Origin: Bugula neritina
Lineage: Eukaryota > Animalia > Bryozoa
Direction: 5' to 3'
NCBI GenBank assembly: GCA_964035545.1
Contig: OZ037766.1
Location: 14,064,722-14,128,721, forward strand
DNA: 64,000 nucleotides
This document shows, piece after piece, positions 61,665-64,000 of the stretch (position 1 is its first letter; each line of letters opens with the position of its first letter). The notes beneath the pieces are model-generated. The model was given only the letters and a program-made list of their open reading frames with translations. It was not told where the DNA came from and did no database searches. A program made the translations under genes and the position numbers.

Positions 61665-62737
61665 TCTCTCCCTTGCAGTCAGTCGATACGACTATGACTG
61701 TTTTATGGATTCGGCTTAAATTTGGTTGCAGCTCTCCACGCAGCTCTGTTGTCAGCTGTCTACTGCCAAGAACTCAAGTTTATTGCTCTCCATTTCATAT
61801 TCCTCTTAGCAACATCTTTAAGTCTGAGTCTAGGTTGCCCTGTATTTCGTTTACCCTCTTTCAGCTGAGAGTAGAGCAATTGTCTTGGTAGCCGGCTATG
61901 TTCCATCCTGTGCACATGGCCTAGCCATCTCAGGTTCTTTTCTATAAGGATGTCAGCCATGCTTGGCAAATTGGCACGTCTTAATATTTCTTCATTCGTA
62001 ATTTTGTCATACCATTTTACAGCCATAATGTCTCTCAATTGCCTCAACATGAGAGCGCTTAGCTTCTTCACCTGTGTCCTGTATATTGCCCATAATTCTG
62101 CTTTATACAGCAGGCTTGAGAGCACAACCGCTCTGTAGACTTTACACTTTACTCTGATGGATACGTGTCTGTTGTTCCAGAGTCTCTGCTGCAGCTTTCC
62201 GTAAGCCGCACTTGTTTTGCCTAGTCTGCTCCGTAGCTCTTTATCTATTTTTGCCGTACAGGAAACAGTGCTTCCTAGATAAGTAAAGTCTGAGGCAATT
62301 ACAACTGGTTCTTGATCTATCATTACAACTTCAGGTTTAGGTGGAGGGTGAATGAGTTTGATTGGCTGGTACATGCATTTTGTCTTTTTAATGTTGATTT
62401 TTAAGCTAAACTGAGCTGCTGCTTTTGCAAAGTTGTTCACCAGCACTTGCATATCTGCAGCGCAATGTGCCACCAAAGCACTGTCACCAGCTAACAACAT
62501 CTCTCTGACTAGGTGTTTGGTAGTACGGGTCTTAGACTTGAACTGAGCCACATCAAAGAGATCAGCCCCATGTCGAGTTTGAATATAAATCCCTTCATTT
62601 ACATTTTTAAATGCCACTTCAAGCATAGCGGTCAAGTATAATAAAAATAGTGTGGGCGCAAGAACACACTCCTGCTTGAAACCATTGGTTACTGCAAACT
62701 CATGAAACTGCAGACTCTGAAATTTTGTAAACTTGCT
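61665..62737 (-). mobile_element. 5'-truncated RTE-clade non-LTR retrotransposon (reverse transcriptase fragment), inactive
   Basis: ORF 61760-62740 has RTE RT motifs (NGFKQECVLAPTLF, FTYLGS, KVYRAVVLSSLLY, LRWLGHVHRM, RLPRQLLYSQL). The catalytic (Y/F)ADD is degenerated to LAGD, and a premature TAG precedes TADNRAAWR. The GA-rich 3' end is flanked by a perfect 9-bp TSD, CAATTATAG (61656-61664 and 62738-62746). Confidence 0.93.
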
Positions 62738-63162
62738 CAATTATAGGCAGTTGGACTAAACTGTTATTGCATAAACTTGTGCAATATAAATTGAAAATGC
62801 TACTAGTAAAAGACAAATTTAATTTTGATATGTACATGCAAGGTTTGCTCTTGCTATAGTAAGCTAGTAATAGCTTTGGGTTCATGACAATGATAATTAA
62901 TTATTAATCATACCGTAAGTTGGTAGAGAAGTTGTGCATTTCTACATTTTATTTAATTATTAAGGGCGTCATGTGGCATAACTTCTTTAATGATACTTAA
63001 CCATCTTTAAAAATGCTAAATTCAAATAAATATATTAAAGCAAAAATACAATCATAATATAAATAAATAAATTTATGCTAATGAGTGCATTAAATAGCAT
63101 AAATTTGTTCTCTTTGATATTATTTACATAACACATCAATGTCATATGTGTGTAAGCTAATT

Positions 63163-63936
63163 TCAGCTTTGAGCAATTGGTTTCATGATCAAGTTTTGTT
63201 TCTTCACCGCAATAACATTTTGGACGTCAATGGCATGTTGTTTTCTTTCTTCTTGTAGCCAGTATAACATCTCTGTTCTGTCCCATTTCATTTTATCTAA
63301 ATAAGGTCGACCCTAAAACAAAAATTGTGTTATCGCTTCACTTAAGAAACATTTTATATCAATTTGTCTTATCTAAAACTATCACAAAAAACTCTATGCA
63401 ACTAATATTCATACAAATTGCTACTTTTCACGGACTTTTATTATAAATATTATAACTGAGCTGAGATGGGGCTTATGTAAAACTTTCATAGTGACATATT
63501 GTCAAACACTGCATAATAATACTAAGTGTAACATAAGTGTACCTGATAAGTCATGATGTCGTTGTAGGTTTCATTTACATACTTCACTGCTTGTTCCACA
63601 CGTTGATGCATATTGTCTAATTTCTAAAAGTCATACAAATTATACGTCATCATCAACAAGATAAAACAATAACTATTTTATCCTTAACTTCTAGCATTCC
63701 ACATATTTTAATTTCTTTTTATGCCATCATATTATAACAAACAATATATAAAAACATACCATGCAGAGTTGTGTTCTCAACTTTGACTCATTGAGTCGTG
63801 CCACAGAAGATCCTCGGTACCCATTTTCAAAGAATCTGTTAGGGTCCGATGCTAAACGCTCAAACGATTCTAGTTCTGATATCATCTGTTCACGCTGTAT
63901 AATTAAGCTGGTGGCAGCCTCCCATGCACTAATCAC
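63163..63936 (-). CDS. CCDC87: Coiled-coil domain-containing protein 87-like (MAP65/ASE1-related C-terminus), last three exons; gene continues beyond the window
   Basis: Exons 63936-63760, 63623-63543 and 63312-63163 (all phase 0, GT-AG) give VISAWEAATSLIIQREQMISELESFERLASDPNRFF...KLDNMHQRVEQAVKYVNETYNDIMTYQ-GRPYLDKMKWDRTEMLYWLQEERKQ...*. This matches the recalled CCDC87 C-terminal signature (ASxPNRFF; GRPYLDKMKxDxxEMLYWLQ). Confidence 0.85.
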
Positions 63937-64000
63937 CTACACATTTAAAGGGCAAACATGTTAAATACGGCACGATTATTATTCCATGCTGTACTTCATA

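Overview
AT-rich, intron-dense animal (probably invertebrate) genomic DNA. I reconstructed exons by hand from splice sites and reading-frame phase. The window holds five main elements. (1) A supervillin gene on + (929-36936, about 43 exons, 5' end possibly outside the window). It has the gelsolin core and villin headpiece, plus an unusual N-terminal block: a very basic exon followed by seven P-[SN]-[YF]-M-[KR]-x-T repeats. (2) An intronless gene nested antisense in a supervillin intron (24715-25788). It encodes a coiled-coil, tail-anchored membrane protein that may be KASH-like; one in-frame TGA separates it from a stronger upstream ATG at 25950. (3) A complete 21-exon, ~1460-aa receptor tyrosine kinase on + (44695-60835). 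It has a MET/RON-type IPT-TM-kinase half, but an usherin (USH2A)-like LamG + laminin-N-terminal + laminin-EGF head in place of Sema/PSI. This apparently exon-shuffled chimeric receptor is the most striking feature. (4) A dead, 5'-truncated RTE LINE with a 9-bp target-site duplication. (5) The last three exons of a CCDC87-like gene on -. There is also a pogo/Tigger-type MITE, a probable tRNA-derived SINE and several mini/microsatellites. Family assignments come from recalled motifs; no database searches were run.
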